Source: an uncultured delta proteobacterium (GTDB lineage Bacteria > Desulfobacterota > Desulfobacteria > Desulfobacterales > JAFDCJ01). Taken from it: DNA of 64,000 bases. Below the pieces are notes generated by a model. That model had not been told where the DNA came from. It searched no databases and saw nothing but the letters and a program-made list of their open reading frames with translations. Each line of letters opens with the position of its first letter. Position 1 is the stretch's first letter. The translations under genes were made by a program, and so were the position numbers. Where the stretch lies: NCBI GenBank assembly GCA_963769935.1, contig CAVYNY010000016.1, forward strand, positions 160,001 to 224,000. The letters run 5' to 3'. Below, one piece after another: positions 27,363 to 37,567 of the stretch.

Positions 27363-28220
27363 TCAAGCCGACATGCTGTAATAAACCGCCGTGGAAACGG
27401 CCCAGATAAGCACGGCAATCGTCGCGACGGCGCAGGCACCGGCCAGCATTTTGTGAAAAAGGTTTTCCCTTTTTTTCTCCTGGTATCCCAGCAGGAAGCC
27501 CAGAACAATTCCGCCCAACATCCCGCCGGCATGGCCCCAGTTGTTAATCCCCGGCACCACCACCCCGAAGAGAAAGATGAGTACCGTCCACACGGCCACC
27601 TGCTTGTATAGGGCCCGCCCATATACGCCCCCGCGGCTTTTGCCGTAGTACAGGATGGCTCCTATCAGACCTAAAATCGCGGCCGATGCGCCGATGGTAA
27701 AGGCCACGCCGGCCAAATACGAAACCCAGAATCCGATAATCCCGCTCAGGGTATAAATCGCAAACATGCGATAGACCCCGTACTCCCGGTTGACGAGGGG
27801 CGCCAGCTGGTAGAAGGCGACCATGTTGAAAAATATGTGAAGTATCCCGCCGTGCAGGTAACTGGCCGATATCAGTGTCCAGAGACGATGATAGCGGGCA
27901 ATGGGAATGGTCCCGGTGGCTCCCAGCAGGAACAAGCTGTTGTTGGAAGGTGACAGAAAAGTCAGCGGGTTCATGGACAGGCCGGCGCCTCTGGGATTGA
28001 ACAGGATGGATATAATGTACATCCCCACGTTGATGGCGATAATGTATTTGACAGACTGCCCGGAATCACGAAAACCCGCGGTCCAAACGTTGTTCTTGTA
28101 CCACGATCCGGGTCTGGAGGTGCCGCAGTACGGGCATTTGGCCTCGGACGAGCTGATAAGTTTTCTGCAGTTGGGACAGAGAATGGATTGTCTTTGTCTT
28201 GAAGTCAATTGAGGTCGCAT
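27363..28220 (-). CDS. Rhomboid family intramembrane serine protease with N-terminal Zn ribbon
   Basis: CPNC..CPYC, HIFFN, GASA catalytic Ser, GHAGG. Confidence 0.9.
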   Translation of the reverse strand: MRPQLTSRQRQSILCPNCRKLISSSEAKCPYCGTSRPGSWYKNNVWTAGFRDSGQSVKYIIAINVGMYIISILFNPRGAGLSMNPLTFLSPSNNSLFLLGATGTIPIARYHRLWTLISASYLHGGILHIFFNMVAFYQLAPLVNREYGVYRMFAIYTLSGIIGFWVSYLAGVAFTIGASAAILGLIGAILYYGKSRGGVYGRALYKQVAVWTVLIFLFGVVVPGINNWGHAGGMLGGIVLGFLLGYQEKKRENLFHKMLAGACAVATIAVLIWAVSTAVYYSMSA

Positions 28221-28232
28221 CTTTTCACTCAG

Positions 28233-28556
28233 CTATTCGGACACCCATGATAACGAATCCGGGATCAGGGGACCACCTACCTTTTCCGAAAGTTTTTTCA
28301 GTGTCGATTGCAATTCCGACATCTTGGCTTCAATAGTCTGGCGGCTGGGAAACCAATCTGGCGGACAAGCACTTTTAAGCTGCTCCAACTCGTTGTCGAT
28401 TTCATCCATGATCGTGTGTAGACTCCGAATCGACGGGTAAACCGTTTCTTTTTCCCGGACGGGCAGTTTATCCACCACACGAATGACGCTGTAAATTTTT
28501 GCTTTCCATTCGGTCAACTGCCCTTCCAATTTATTGCAATAAGAAATCACGTCCAT
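28233..28556 (-). CDS. Hypothetical coiled-coil protein
   Basis: 107-aa ORF with GGAGGGAG RBS, co-directional with rhomboid. Confidence 0.65.
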   Translation of the reverse strand: MDVISYCNKLEGQLTEWKAKIYSVIRVVDKLPVREKETVYPSIRSLHTIMDEIDNELEQLKSACPPDWFPSRQTIEAKMSELQSTLKKLSEKVGGPLIPDSLSWVSE

Positions 28557-28925
28557 CTTCTGCTCCCTCCGGCTGCAGTCAAACCATCAGCCACGATTCC
28601 ACCGGACAACGTTTAATATGTCTCAGGGTGGCCGAGGAAGACCACCCTGATAAGGAGGTTGATAAGAATATTACCTAGCAGTTTTAAAACCGCATGATTT
28701 ACAATAATACCGATACCCGCATGGTCAAGGGTTCTGTTTCCAATTGACACTTGAAATCCTTTTCATTATGATAGCACATTGTAACATGCATGATCCCAAA
28801 CAACTCTTACCGGCAACCCCAAAAGCCTTCATTTTCTCGGAGGCGGACCGGCTCTTTTGCCTTTCGACGAACAGGTTGTCTGACGGGGTATTTCCGCCAA
28901 ACTTCCGTCAAATATCGAGGTGTAA

Positions 28926-29942
28926 GTGATTCAGGAAAAAAATGGCGACAGCCGGCGGCAAACGATTTTGAGTATCGTCGTCTTATCCACGCTGGTCGTT
29001 ATCGGAGCGGGGTTGATCATATCTCAGAGCCGTTACAACCCGGCGATTTTATCAAAAAATGAAATTTGGCCGTCGCCAGATGGGCAAAAACCACCTTCCC
29101 GGCCGTCTGTGCTTGAGGCATTCAGTCCCCTGCCGCAAGGTCTTGAGCCCCTCACGGCGCCGGAGACCTTTGAGGCCGACACGCTTTCGGATAAAATCGA
29201 CGGAAAAGCCGAGCTGTATTTGTCCGCAGGCTTCAACCGACTGCTCACTCAGCGTTTCAGGGATGAGCGTGCCCCCGATCGGTGGATCGAAACTTTTGTG
29301 TACGACATGGGCAACGGCCAAAACGCGTTTGCGGTGTTCAGCGCCCAGCGCCGCGAGAATGCCGAATCGCTGCAGTTGACCCAATATGCCTACCGGTCGC
29401 CCAATGCAATTTTTCTGGTTCATGGCCGATATTATCTTGAATTGATCGCATCGGAAGCGTCCGCTCAGGTGATGCAGCCCACGGAAATGCTGGCCGCGGC
29501 ATTCGTCCGCAACACGCCTGCCCCAAAAATCCACGATTGCCGAAAAGGACCTGTTCCCCCGCAGGATCTGGTAAAAGACAGCATCGCCTTGGTGGCAGCC
29601 GATGCATTTGGCTTTGATCGCCTGAATCAGGTATATACCGCAGAATACCGGTTGAATGGCGCCACCCTGATGGCTTATCTCTCCCGCCGCCAAACACCCG
29701 CAGATGCCGAAGCATTGGCCGTCGCCTACGATAAATTTCTATTGAACTTCGGCGGGCAGGCGCTCGAGCAGCAATTGCCGATCAAAAATGCCCGCCTGAT
29801 TGAGATTTTAGACACCTATGAGGTAATTTTTTCCTATGGCCCGTTTATGGCAGGTGTGCGGGAGGCGACCACCCCGGAGCAGGCCGTTAAACTGGCAGTT
29901 CAATTCCTCCATCAAATGCGCGAGGTAGCCGGTGAATTCTGA
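28926..29942 (+). CDS. Membrane-anchored periplasmic protein (DUF6599-like)
   Basis: N-terminal TM, LSDKIDGKAELY, YDMG..NAFAVFS; first gene of DUF362 cluster. Confidence 0.65.
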   Translation: MIQEKNGDSRRQTILSIVVLSTLVVIGAGLIISQSRYNPAILSKNEIWPSPDGQKPPSRPSVLEAFSPLPQGLEPLTAPETFEADTLSDKIDGKAELYLSAGFNRLLTQRFRDERAPDRWIETFVYDMGNGQNAFAVFSAQRRENAESLQLTQYAYRSPNAIFLVHGRYYLELIASEASAQVMQPTEMLAAAFVRNTPAPKIHDCRKGPVPPQDLVKDSIALVAADAFGFDRLNQVYTAEYRLNGATLMAYLSRRQTPADAEALAVAYDKFLLNFGGQALEQQLPIKNARLIEILDTYEVIFSYGPFMAGVREATTPEQAVKLAVQFLHQMREVAGEF

Positions 29943-30925
29943 ACCGAACAAAAACGGTTTGAATCGACGCGAATTTCTGGCCCGCTCGGCCGGGGCCGGA
30001 ATCTCCGTAGCTGCGGCCTGTGCCGCCGGGCTGTGGTTTCATGATTCCAGAGGGCCCGCTTCGTCCGCCGCAACCCGGTCGGATACCGGCCTGCCGGATT
30101 TTTCAATGGGTGATCTGAATCCCAAAATGGCGATCGTCCGGGGCGCCGATCGGCGTACCGCCCTGAATTCGGCTCTAAAAGCGCTGGGCGGTATTGAATC
30201 CTTTGTCAAAAAAAATGATCGGGTTTTGCTCAAAGTCAATGCCGCGTTTGCATCTCCGCCCATGCTCTCGGCCACGACCCATCCGGATGTCGTCGCTGAA
30301 ATGAGCCGGCTTTGTCTACAGGCCGGAGCCGCATCGGTTGCGGTCACGGATAATCCCATCAATGATCCGAATAGTTGTTTCGCCTTAAGCGGAATTATGG
30401 AGGCCGCCCGCGGTGCGGGTGCCACCCTTATTTTGCCGGATCCGGACGCGTTCAGACCGCTTAGCGTTCCGAATGCCCGCTTGATTCGTCAGCTGGCCGG
30501 TTCTTTTAAAACCTTTTAAAAATGTTACCAGGGTCTTCGGTTTGGCCCCGGTTAAAGATCACCATCGCAGCGGTGCCTCACTGAGCATGAAGAATTGGTA
30601 CGGTCTGCTGGGAGGTCGGCGGAATATTTTCCACCAGGACATAAATACCATAATAGCCGAACTGGCTTTGATGGTTCGCCCGACGCTGGTGATCCTGGAC
30701 GGCACCACCAGCATGATGACCAACGGACCCACCGGCGGTTCTCTGTCGGATCTTAAACATACCAATACCATGATTGTCAGCACCGACCAGGTGGCGGCCG
30801 ACGCATTTGGGGCCACGCTGCTTGAAAAATCCGCCAGCGCGCTGCCGTACATCGGCAAAGCGGAAGCGGCCGGAGTCGGCAAGGCGGAATACCTGTCGTT
30901 GAAGCCGATGGAACTGTCGTTATGA
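29932..30925 (+). CDS. Tat-signal DUF362 family protein, split by an apparent +1 frameshift near 30490
   Basis: NRREFL Tat motif, VLLKVN, TTHP; second frame continues WPVL..APVKDH..SMKNWYG..DQVAADA. Confidence 0.8.
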
Positions 30926-32871
30926 AAATCGTAACCACCCGCCGAATCTGTCAGATTTTCTTTTTTTGCGTTTTCATCTGGTTTTGCATGGTCACCACCC
31001 TTGGGGATCAGTGGTGGCAACTGCGCGGCTGGCCCGTGAACTGGATCATTGACTTGGATCCATTGGTGGGCCTGGCGACCCTGCTGAGTACCCGCACCCT
31101 GTATGCCGGTCTGCTGTGGGGGCTTGCAACGGTTGTCCTGACCATCATCCTGGGCAGGTTCTTTTGCGGCTGGGTGTGCCCCTTCGGTGCCATCCACCAG
31201 TTTGTGGGGTTTGCCGCCCACCGCAAAAAATCAGTGGCCGCCAAAATAAAACTCAACCGCTATCGGCCGGCCCAAACCATAAAGTACTGGATTCTGATTT
31301 TCCTGCTGGCCATTTCAGCATTTGAATTGGCCGTTGATCTTATTCGGTCGCCTGCAACCAACCGGTGGCTTTGCGCGGTGCTGATATTAGCCGTCCTGGC
31401 GGCGGTCGTCATCCAGACCGTCCGCTATAACCGCCTGAACTTTAAAAGAGCCGCTATCGGGTTCCTGATCTTTACCGCCGTCTGGCTGCTGCTGAGCGCC
31501 GGCTTAAAAGACCACCAGACTTCCGTCGCAGCGCTTCAAATCGGTTTGCTGGACCCGATTCCGCTCGTCTATCGCTCGTTCAATCTAGTGATCCTGCCGG
31601 TCATCGAACAGGCCGCGCTCCAACTTTCGGCTGCCCCTCGCTTGTATGACGGCACCTGGTTGATCGCAGCGATATTTATCGGCGCCGTATTGTTGAATCT
31701 GGTAATACCGCGCTTTTACTGCCGATTCCTATGTCCGGCCGGCGCCCTGTTTGCGGTGCTGGGCCGCTTTTCCCTATGGCGAATCGGCAAAATCAGTGCT
31801 GAATGCGCCGAGTGTCACATATGTGAAAAGCACTGCGAGGGTGCCTGCAGCCCGACCAGCCGGATCAGATCCAGCGAGTGCGTGTTGTGTGTCAACTGCC
31901 TGAATGACTGCATGCACGGTTTGATGACATACCGGAACAGCCCCTCGGCCGCCGGCGAAATCCCGGGCCCGGATCTGTCCCGCCGGCATTTTTTGACGGC
32001 AGCGGTATCCGGGGCTGCGGTCATCCCGATGCTGCGGGTAAACGGGGCGTTGAGTTCCAACTGGAACCCGGCGGTCGTGCGCCCGCCGGGTGCGTTGGCG
32101 GAAAAGGAATTTCTTTCCCGCTGCATTAAGTGCGGCCAGTGCATGCGCATCTGTCCGACCAACGTGATTCACCCGTCCGGGCTGGAAGGGAGCCTGGAAG
32201 GCCTGTGGACCCCGGCCCTTAATTTCCGCATCGGCACCAGCGGCTGCCAGTTTAACTGCATTGCGTGCAGTCATCTTTGCCCGACGGCGGCCATCCGTCC
32301 CATCAGTCTGGATGAGCGTCTGGGCCGCAACAGTTTTGCCGACCGTGGACCCATCAAAATTGGAACCGCTTTTATCGACAGGGGACGCTGCCTGCCGTGG
32401 GCCATGGAAAGGCCCTGCATTGTTTGTCAGGAGAACTGCCCGGTCAGCCCCAAGGCCATTGTCACCCGGGAAGTGTTTGATACCATCGATCCCGGTTCCA
32501 AGCTCATTGTTGCCAGGGCCGATAATTTTTACATCGAGCTGCAGACCGCGGGCCTTGAACCGGGCAAATATGCCACGGGTGATTATTACTGTGCAATGTT
32601 GCCTCCGTCTGACGGTCGTTTGCGCAGGATCGTCAGCAACTGGGAAAGAGGCCTGAAAGTGGATAGTGAATTTCCGTTTGACCCTCCGCCGCCGCCCGGC
32701 AGCCGGCTTGAAATTCAGATTCGGCTCCAGAGGCCGTATGTCGACCCTGCAAGATGCATCGGCTGCGGAGTATGCGAGCATGAATGCCCGGTTCCGGGGA
32801 AACGCGCCATACGGGTTACGGCCGATGGGGAATCCCGTAATCGCAGCCATGCTCTGCTATTGCGGGGATAG
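30922..32871 (+). CDS. Membrane 4Fe-4S binding protein (NapH-like TM part fused to NapG/MauM-like ferredoxin)
   Basis: GRFFCGWVCP, RFYCRFLCP, RPPGA, several CxxCxxCxxxCP motifs. Confidence 0.88.
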   Translation: MKIVTTRRICQIFFFCVFIWFCMVTTLGDQWWQLRGWPVNWIIDLDPLVGLATLLSTRTLYAGLLWGLATVVLTIILGRFFCGWVCPFGAIHQFVGFAAHRKKSVAAKIKLNRYRPAQTIKYWILIFLLAISAFELAVDLIRSPATNRWLCAVLILAVLAAVVIQTVRYNRLNFKRAAIGFLIFTAVWLLLSAGLKDHQTSVAALQIGLLDPIPLVYRSFNLVILPVIEQAALQLSAAPRLYDGTWLIAAIFIGAVLLNLVIPRFYCRFLCPAGALFAVLGRFSLWRIGKISAECAECHICEKHCEGACSPTSRIRSSECVLCVNCLNDCMHGLMTYRNSPSAAGEIPGPDLSRRHFLTAAVSGAAVIPMLRVNGALSSNWNPAVVRPPGALAEKEFLSRCIKCGQCMRICPTNVIHPSGLEGSLEGLWTPALNFRIGTSGCQFNCIACSHLCPTAAIRPISLDERLGRNSFADRGPIKIGTAFIDRGRCLPWAMERPCIVCQENCPVSPKAIVTREVFDTIDPGSKLIVARADNFYIELQTAGLEPGKYATGDYYCAMLPPSDGRLRRIVSNWERGLKVDSEFPFDPPPPPGSRLEIQIRLQRPYVDPARCIGCGVCEHECPVPGKRAIRVTADGESRNRSHALLLRG

Positions 32872-32875
32872 CAAG

Positions 32876-33190
32876 AGCCGGAAGGCAAGAAGATGAGAAG
32901 TTGAGAAGATAAGAAGTTGGGAAAAGCAGAAGGTAAGAGGGTGGGAGGGTGAAGCGAAGGGCATAGCGCATGGCGCAAGGGGCATAGGGTTGGAGATGCC
33001 GGGAAGCCGAAAGGCAAGAAGGTGAGAAGGTGGGAAGTTGGGAAGTTGGGAAGATAAAAAGATCAATTTCTATTCAACTTAATCAACCTAATCAACCATT
33101 CAACCCAGTCAACTAATTAAACTCAATGAACTCAATCAACCCAATCAACTCAATCAACTCAATCAACTCAATCAACTCAATCAACTCAAA
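32876..33190. repeat. Mosaic of periodic simple repeats ending in a 9-bp tandem array (AACTCAATC)n
   Basis: (GAAG.TGA/GGA)n, (GCGCA.G)n, then about eight AACTCAATC-type units at 33120-33190; related mosaic at 34417-34620. Confidence 0.8.
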
Positions 33191-33210
33191 AAGCTTTGAA
33201 GGAATATAGC

Positions 33211-34416
33211 ATGTCACAAAAAGAAAATCTTTGGTCTCGCAGGGATTTTTTGAAGGCCACTGGAACAGCCGGACTCGGCGCAGCAATTGCAGCGCCGGCT
33301 CACCGTTTTGCCGCCGCATCCGACGGACAAAGTGTGGTGCCGAACCGTCCCTTCGGCCAAAGCGGATTCAATGTCTCGATTCTCTCGCTGGGGGGTATGT
33401 TCGACATCAGCTCCAACCAGATTATGATGAAGCAGGCCATGCGCTGGGGCGTAACCTACTGGGATACGGCGGACTGCTATCAAAGAGGCAGCGAAAGGGG
33501 CATCGGAAAATATTTCAATAAGTATCCTGAAGACCGCCGGAAGGTTTTCCTGGTAACCAAATCCGACGCCCGGGATCCGAAAGGAATGTCCAAACTCCTT
33601 GAGCAATCCCTCGATAGAATGCAAACCGACTATATCGACCTTTATTTCCTGCACGGCATCTACCGCATCACTGAGTTGGATCAGGACGTCCGCTCCTGGG
33701 CCGATAAGGCCAAGGCCGCCGGAAAAATCCGCCTCTTTGGATTCAGCGCGCACAGCAACATGGAAGCGAGCATGCTGGCAGCTGCCGAACTCGGCTGGAT
33801 CGACGGAATCATGATGGCTTACAACTTCCGCCTGATGCATGAAGACCGGATGAAGCGCGCGGTCGACGCCTGCGTAAATGCCGGCATCGGGCTGACCGCC
33901 ATGAAAACTCAGGGCGGCGGGCAGGTAAAAACCGGCAGTGAAACCGAACTTGAACTGGCCGGTCGCTTTTTACAAAAAGGTTTTACCGATGCCCAGGCCA
34001 AATTGATGGCGGTCTGGCAAAATCCGAATATCGCCAGTATCTGTTCTCAGATGCCGAACATGTCGATTCTGATGGCCAATGTCGCCGCGGCCCTGAATCG
34101 CACCGCGCTTTCAGTCCGCGACACGGATTTGCTGCAGCGCTACGCCCGGGAAACCCGTTCGGCTTATTGTGCCGGCTGCACCCACCTCTGTGAAACTGCC
34201 GTTGAAGATAAGGTTCCGATCGGAGATGTCATGCGCTGCCTGATGTATTGCCGCAGCTACGGCGACCGCGATTACGCCGCCGCTGAATTCAAAAAAATAC
34301 CGTCAAACGCACGCCGGCAAATGGCAACTCTCGATTTTTCATCGGCCGAAAGAAGGTGCCCGCGGAAAATGGCCATCGGCAGTCTCATGGGGGAGGCTCT
34401 GAGGGAGTTGGGATAA
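33211..34416 (+). CDS. Tat-signal aldo/keto reductase with C-terminal Fe-S-type Cys motif
   Basis: SRRDFLK, WDTADCY, SLDRMQTDYIDL, GFSAH, AMKT, YCAGC..C and CP. Confidence 0.88.
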   Translation: MSQKENLWSRRDFLKATGTAGLGAAIAAPAHRFAAASDGQSVVPNRPFGQSGFNVSILSLGGMFDISSNQIMMKQAMRWGVTYWDTADCYQRGSERGIGKYFNKYPEDRRKVFLVTKSDARDPKGMSKLLEQSLDRMQTDYIDLYFLHGIYRITELDQDVRSWADKAKAAGKIRLFGFSAHSNMEASMLAAAELGWIDGIMMAYNFRLMHEDRMKRAVDACVNAGIGLTAMKTQGGGQVKTGSETELELAGRFLQKGFTDAQAKLMAVWQNPNIASICSQMPNMSILMANVAAALNRTALSVRDTDLLQRYARETRSAYCAGCTHLCETAVEDKVPIGDVMRCLMYCRSYGDRDYAAAEFKKIPSNARRQMATLDFSSAERRCPRKMAIGSLMGEALRELG

Positions 34417-34873
34417 GAAAGAAGCTGGGAAGGTGAGAAGTTGAGAGGGTGAAACGGATGGGATAGCGAGAAGGTGAGAAAGTGGGAAGGTGATGACATA
34501 TAGGCGCAGGGCGCACGGCACACGGCGCACGGATGAGGGAAAAACGATAGGATGCTGGGAGGTTGAGAAGGCGGGAAGGTGAGAGGGGGAAGCAGCCGGC
34601 ATGGAGCATAGCGTAGAAAGTAAAGGGTGGCGGCGGCCTCCATGAAAAAGCGAATCGCAGAATATCGAATGTTGAAGGCTGGTTTTGCTCCCGCAGCACC
34701 AGCGCTTGCGCGGCGTGTGCACCGCTTGTTGCCCAGTCTTTTTATAAAACGGACAGAAAACCTTAATTCGTCATTCGACAATCGTCATTCGTCATTCCAA
34801 GGACCCTGAACCTTGTGCCTTTGGCTTTTATCCTTTAACCTTTTACCTTTCAACTTTCACCTTTTACCTTTCT

Positions 34874-35887
34874 TCAAAGCTTATTCAAAACTCCATTTCC
34901 CTTGCCCGGGTTCGGGTAATTGGCAGCCATCGCCTCGGCTTCCCTCCTGATTTCATCCCGCAGGGATTCAGGTTCCAGGACCCCGGCTTTGGCGCCCCAC
35001 TTCAGAATCCAGAATTTAATCTCGTCAATACCAGCCACCTCGGCTTCAAAAATAATGGAGCCGTCCTTCTGTGCCTCGATCTGCTGGGTCTCGTGCCAGA
35101 TTTTCTCCTGGATGTAATCGGCGATATCGGCCGCAAACCGGATCCTGACCTTAACCGGTTGGCCTTGGAAAACGCCGAAGCTGGATTTCATAAAATCATC
35201 AACGTTGAAATCCTCCGGCACTTCGAAGGTCTCATCGGTAGGTTCGAAATTTTGAATGCGATCCATGGCAAATATGCGAATATCCTGGCGCAGCCCGCAA
35301 TGGCCGATCAAATAAAACGTACCGTCGAAAAACCAGATCTTGTAAGGCGCCACTTTTCGCCGGGTAGTCTTTTTGCGGCTCATGGCGTAGTAATCGATCC
35401 GGATGAATTTTTTGAGGATCGCCGCTTCACTGACTTTATCGATAATACTGCGCAATGGGCCATACGGGGTGTGTGGTTTGGACTTCACCGCCAGACTTTT
35501 TTCGACCCGGCTCAGGTATTCAATGTACTCATCGGGCAAAGTGGCTTTTATCTTCTCAAATAAAGTCACCAGGGAATCATAAAAAACCGTGTCTTTTAAC
35601 ACCCCCATCATGCCCCGGCTGAAATAGAGGGCCATCAGCTCCGGCAGACTGAACGGTATGGGAATGCTGTGTTTGGCCGAATCGAGCAGGCACCACAAAT
35701 TTTTCCCGCCTGTCCGTTCCGTGTAAACCGGAAACCCTGCCGCCTGCAGTGCTTCCAGATCCCGATACACGGTCCGCGTGTGGCACTGAAGGTCCGCGGC
35801 CAGTTCGGTAATCGATTTCCCGAACCTGGAAGATATCAAGGTTTGAATGATTTTCCACTGTCTGGCCAGCTGATCGCCCCGTGCCAT
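34874..35887 (-). CDS. HTH-WYL-WCX transcriptional regulator (PafB/DriD/YafY family)
   Basis: N-terminal wHTH RTVYRDLEAL..AGFP, FYLIG..R..IRIFAMDRI, WILKWG..VLEP..LR. Confidence 0.92.
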   Translation of the reverse strand: MARGDQLARQWKIIQTLISSRFGKSITELAADLQCHTRTVYRDLEALQAAGFPVYTERTGGKNLWCLLDSAKHSIPIPFSLPELMALYFSRGMMGVLKDTVFYDSLVTLFEKIKATLPDEYIEYLSRVEKSLAVKSKPHTPYGPLRSIIDKVSEAAILKKFIRIDYYAMSRKKTTRRKVAPYKIWFFDGTFYLIGHCGLRQDIRIFAMDRIQNFEPTDETFEVPEDFNVDDFMKSSFGVFQGQPVKVRIRFAADIADYIQEKIWHETQQIEAQKDGSIIFEAEVAGIDEIKFWILKWGAKAGVLEPESLRDEIRREAEAMAANYPNPGKGNGVLNKL

Positions 35888-36041
35888 ATGGATGCCCCCT
35901 TAAAATTATTGAACACAGATTAACACATATTGCCACAGATTTTCAAAGCTTTGGAGTTCTTTTATTTAAGAAAAACAATTTTTTATCGATGCAAATTGTT
36001 TTCATCGTTTTTTTTTAAAAAAAGTATTTTTTTTTAGGAAC

Positions 36042-36075
36042 TGTGACCGGATCTGTCACACCTGTCTGCTAAAGT
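36042..36075 (+). promoter_or_regulatory. Palindromic operator TGTGAC-N7-GTCACA overlapping a TGTCAC-N10-TA-N3-T promoter
   Basis: tgtgac cggatct gtcaca cctgtctgc taaagt; resembles WYL-activator (DriD, PafBC) sites. Confidence 0.65.
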
Positions 36076-36141
36076 TCGGGCAAACATCGGGAAAAGGGGA
36101 TTTCAAATCAATGAAATTTTCAATCAACGGAGGAATTTAAA

Positions 36142-36315
36142 ATGACCAAGGACATTTCATACCCGGACTATTATGATTGTTATGAGTATCATGGCAACAC
36201 CACCATCGAGCTGACCCGCAGGCAGAACGGGATGATCATCTGGCGGGACTGGATCCTTTTCGATTCCGTGGAGGAGGCCTCCGATTATTTTAACGATGAC
36301 TGCGTGATGAATTAG
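36142..36315 (+). CDS. 57-aa acidic, aromatic-rich small protein (below ORF-track cutoff)
   Basis: GGAGG RBS; MTKDISYPDYYDCYEYHGNTTIELTRRQNGMIIWRDWILFDSVEEASDYFNDDCVMN*. Confidence 0.75.
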   Translation: MTKDISYPDYYDCYEYHGNTTIELTRRQNGMIIWRDWILFDSVEEASDYFNDDCVMN

Positions 36316-36319
36316 AATT

Positions 36320-36697
36320 ATGAAAAATCAAACTGTTACCGGAATCGGCTGCTTTGCAAGGCCGGAGAAGCTAAGGCGGATTTTTTTGAAAATGGTACAA
36401 AGATATGCCTTGGGACAAATTGAAGGCATCGATCTGGCCGACAGAAGTGAATCCGGCGAAACGGAAAGCATCCGATTGATAGAGGCACTCATTGCAGGCC
36501 GAAATTTGGAACTCCATCCATCGAATTCGAATTCTCCGGACGCGCCTGAATACAAAAAAATAACCGGCTTTTTCCTGACGCTGAAAGACCAAAAACTGAA
36601 TTTGTCGATCTTTGCGAAAAATAGCGACCGCCGGCAGGAAAGACACTCGGCTGTTTTGGATGCGCTTACCGATATAAGGTGGAGAAGGTTGAATTGA
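36320..36697 (+). CDS. Hypothetical protein
   Basis: 125-aa ORF starting 4 nt after the small ORF. Confidence 0.5.
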   Translation: MKNQTVTGIGCFARPEKLRRIFLKMVQRYALGQIEGIDLADRSESGETESIRLIEALIAGRNLELHPSNSNSPDAPEYKKITGFFLTLKDQKLNLSIFAKNSDRRQERHSAVLDALTDIRWRRLN

Positions 36698-36837
36698 TTG
36701 CTGAGCCTAATTCCATATAAAAAAAAGCCCCACTGATTTACAGCGGGGCATCTCATTTTCCGTGCCGTCAGGCTTTGTTCAATGCGCTTCGCCTGATGCT
36801 GCAAGCTGGGCGATTGGATTTAAAGCCGCCGGTGAAA

Positions 36838-37323
36838 CTATTCCGGCACATGACACTCCTTGCATCCGGTGGGTCCGGGGTTGGGCAGATTTTCTTTCAG
36901 CACGCGGCCGGATAGTTCCAGCTTCAGGTTCTTTTGTTTCAAATCCTTATGGCAGGTGATACACTGTTTATGATACGCGTTTTTATAATAGCTGATTTGC
37001 AGCTCCTCCAGGTCCTCGCCTTTTTCGGCCTTAGTCGGAGCAACCACGCCGTCATGGCAGCCGGCTGTTTCACAACTCTGGACAGGCTCGTCGTACTCCC
37101 ATTGGTGATGGCATGTTTGACAGCTATAAGTAAAGTGGACGGGATGATTGAATTCAACGAGCGGCCGAGTGGCTTCCACCGATTCTGGTGGTGCCAGCTG
37201 AATTTTGCCCATTGGGATGCACATGGTTTCGACCTCGCTTTGCTTGGCAACGACAAGTGCATTGCCGAAAATTAAAGCCAGAATAAAACAAACAACTCCG
37301 ATTCCTAGTTTATACATCCTCAT
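36838..37323 (-). CDS. Tetraheme class III cytochrome c3 family protein
   Basis: Signal peptide, FNHPVH, CQTCHH, CETAGCH, AYHKQCITCH, CKECH. Confidence 0.92.
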   Translation of the reverse strand: MRMYKLGIGVVCFILALIFGNALVVAKQSEVETMCIPMGKIQLAPPESVEATRPLVEFNHPVHFTYSCQTCHHQWEYDEPVQSCETAGCHDGVVAPTKAEKGEDLEELQISYYKNAYHKQCITCHKDLKQKNLKLELSGRVLKENLPNPGPTGCKECHVPE

Positions 37324-37567
37324 CTCCCTTGATACAGATATCGTTAAATGGTTGATAGGTTTATTGGTCGGGTAAAATACAAACCAAGCAACGACTGCGT
37401 AAATTTAAAGAGCAATTAATGCGTTAAATGGAAAGAAAAATCAACTGAAAAATGATGAATTCAAAAAAAATTGAATATCTTGGTTCACATGTGACTGATT
37501 TGAAATATAAAAAGGCGGCATTCCTTAAATATTCAATCTTCAATCGAAAATATTCAATTTTTTCAGC

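Noticed and set aside
29520..29565. Odd segment PKIHDCRKGPVPP in the DUF6599-like protein
   Set aside because: The neighbouring frame reads STIAEKDLFP, so this looks like a compensating indel pair (artefact), not a real motif.
33060..33190. Regular array resembling a CRISPR or repeat-peptide ORF (IELIELIEL)
   Set aside because: 9-bp tandem units with no unique spacers and no cas genes; the ORFs over it are by-products of the repeat.
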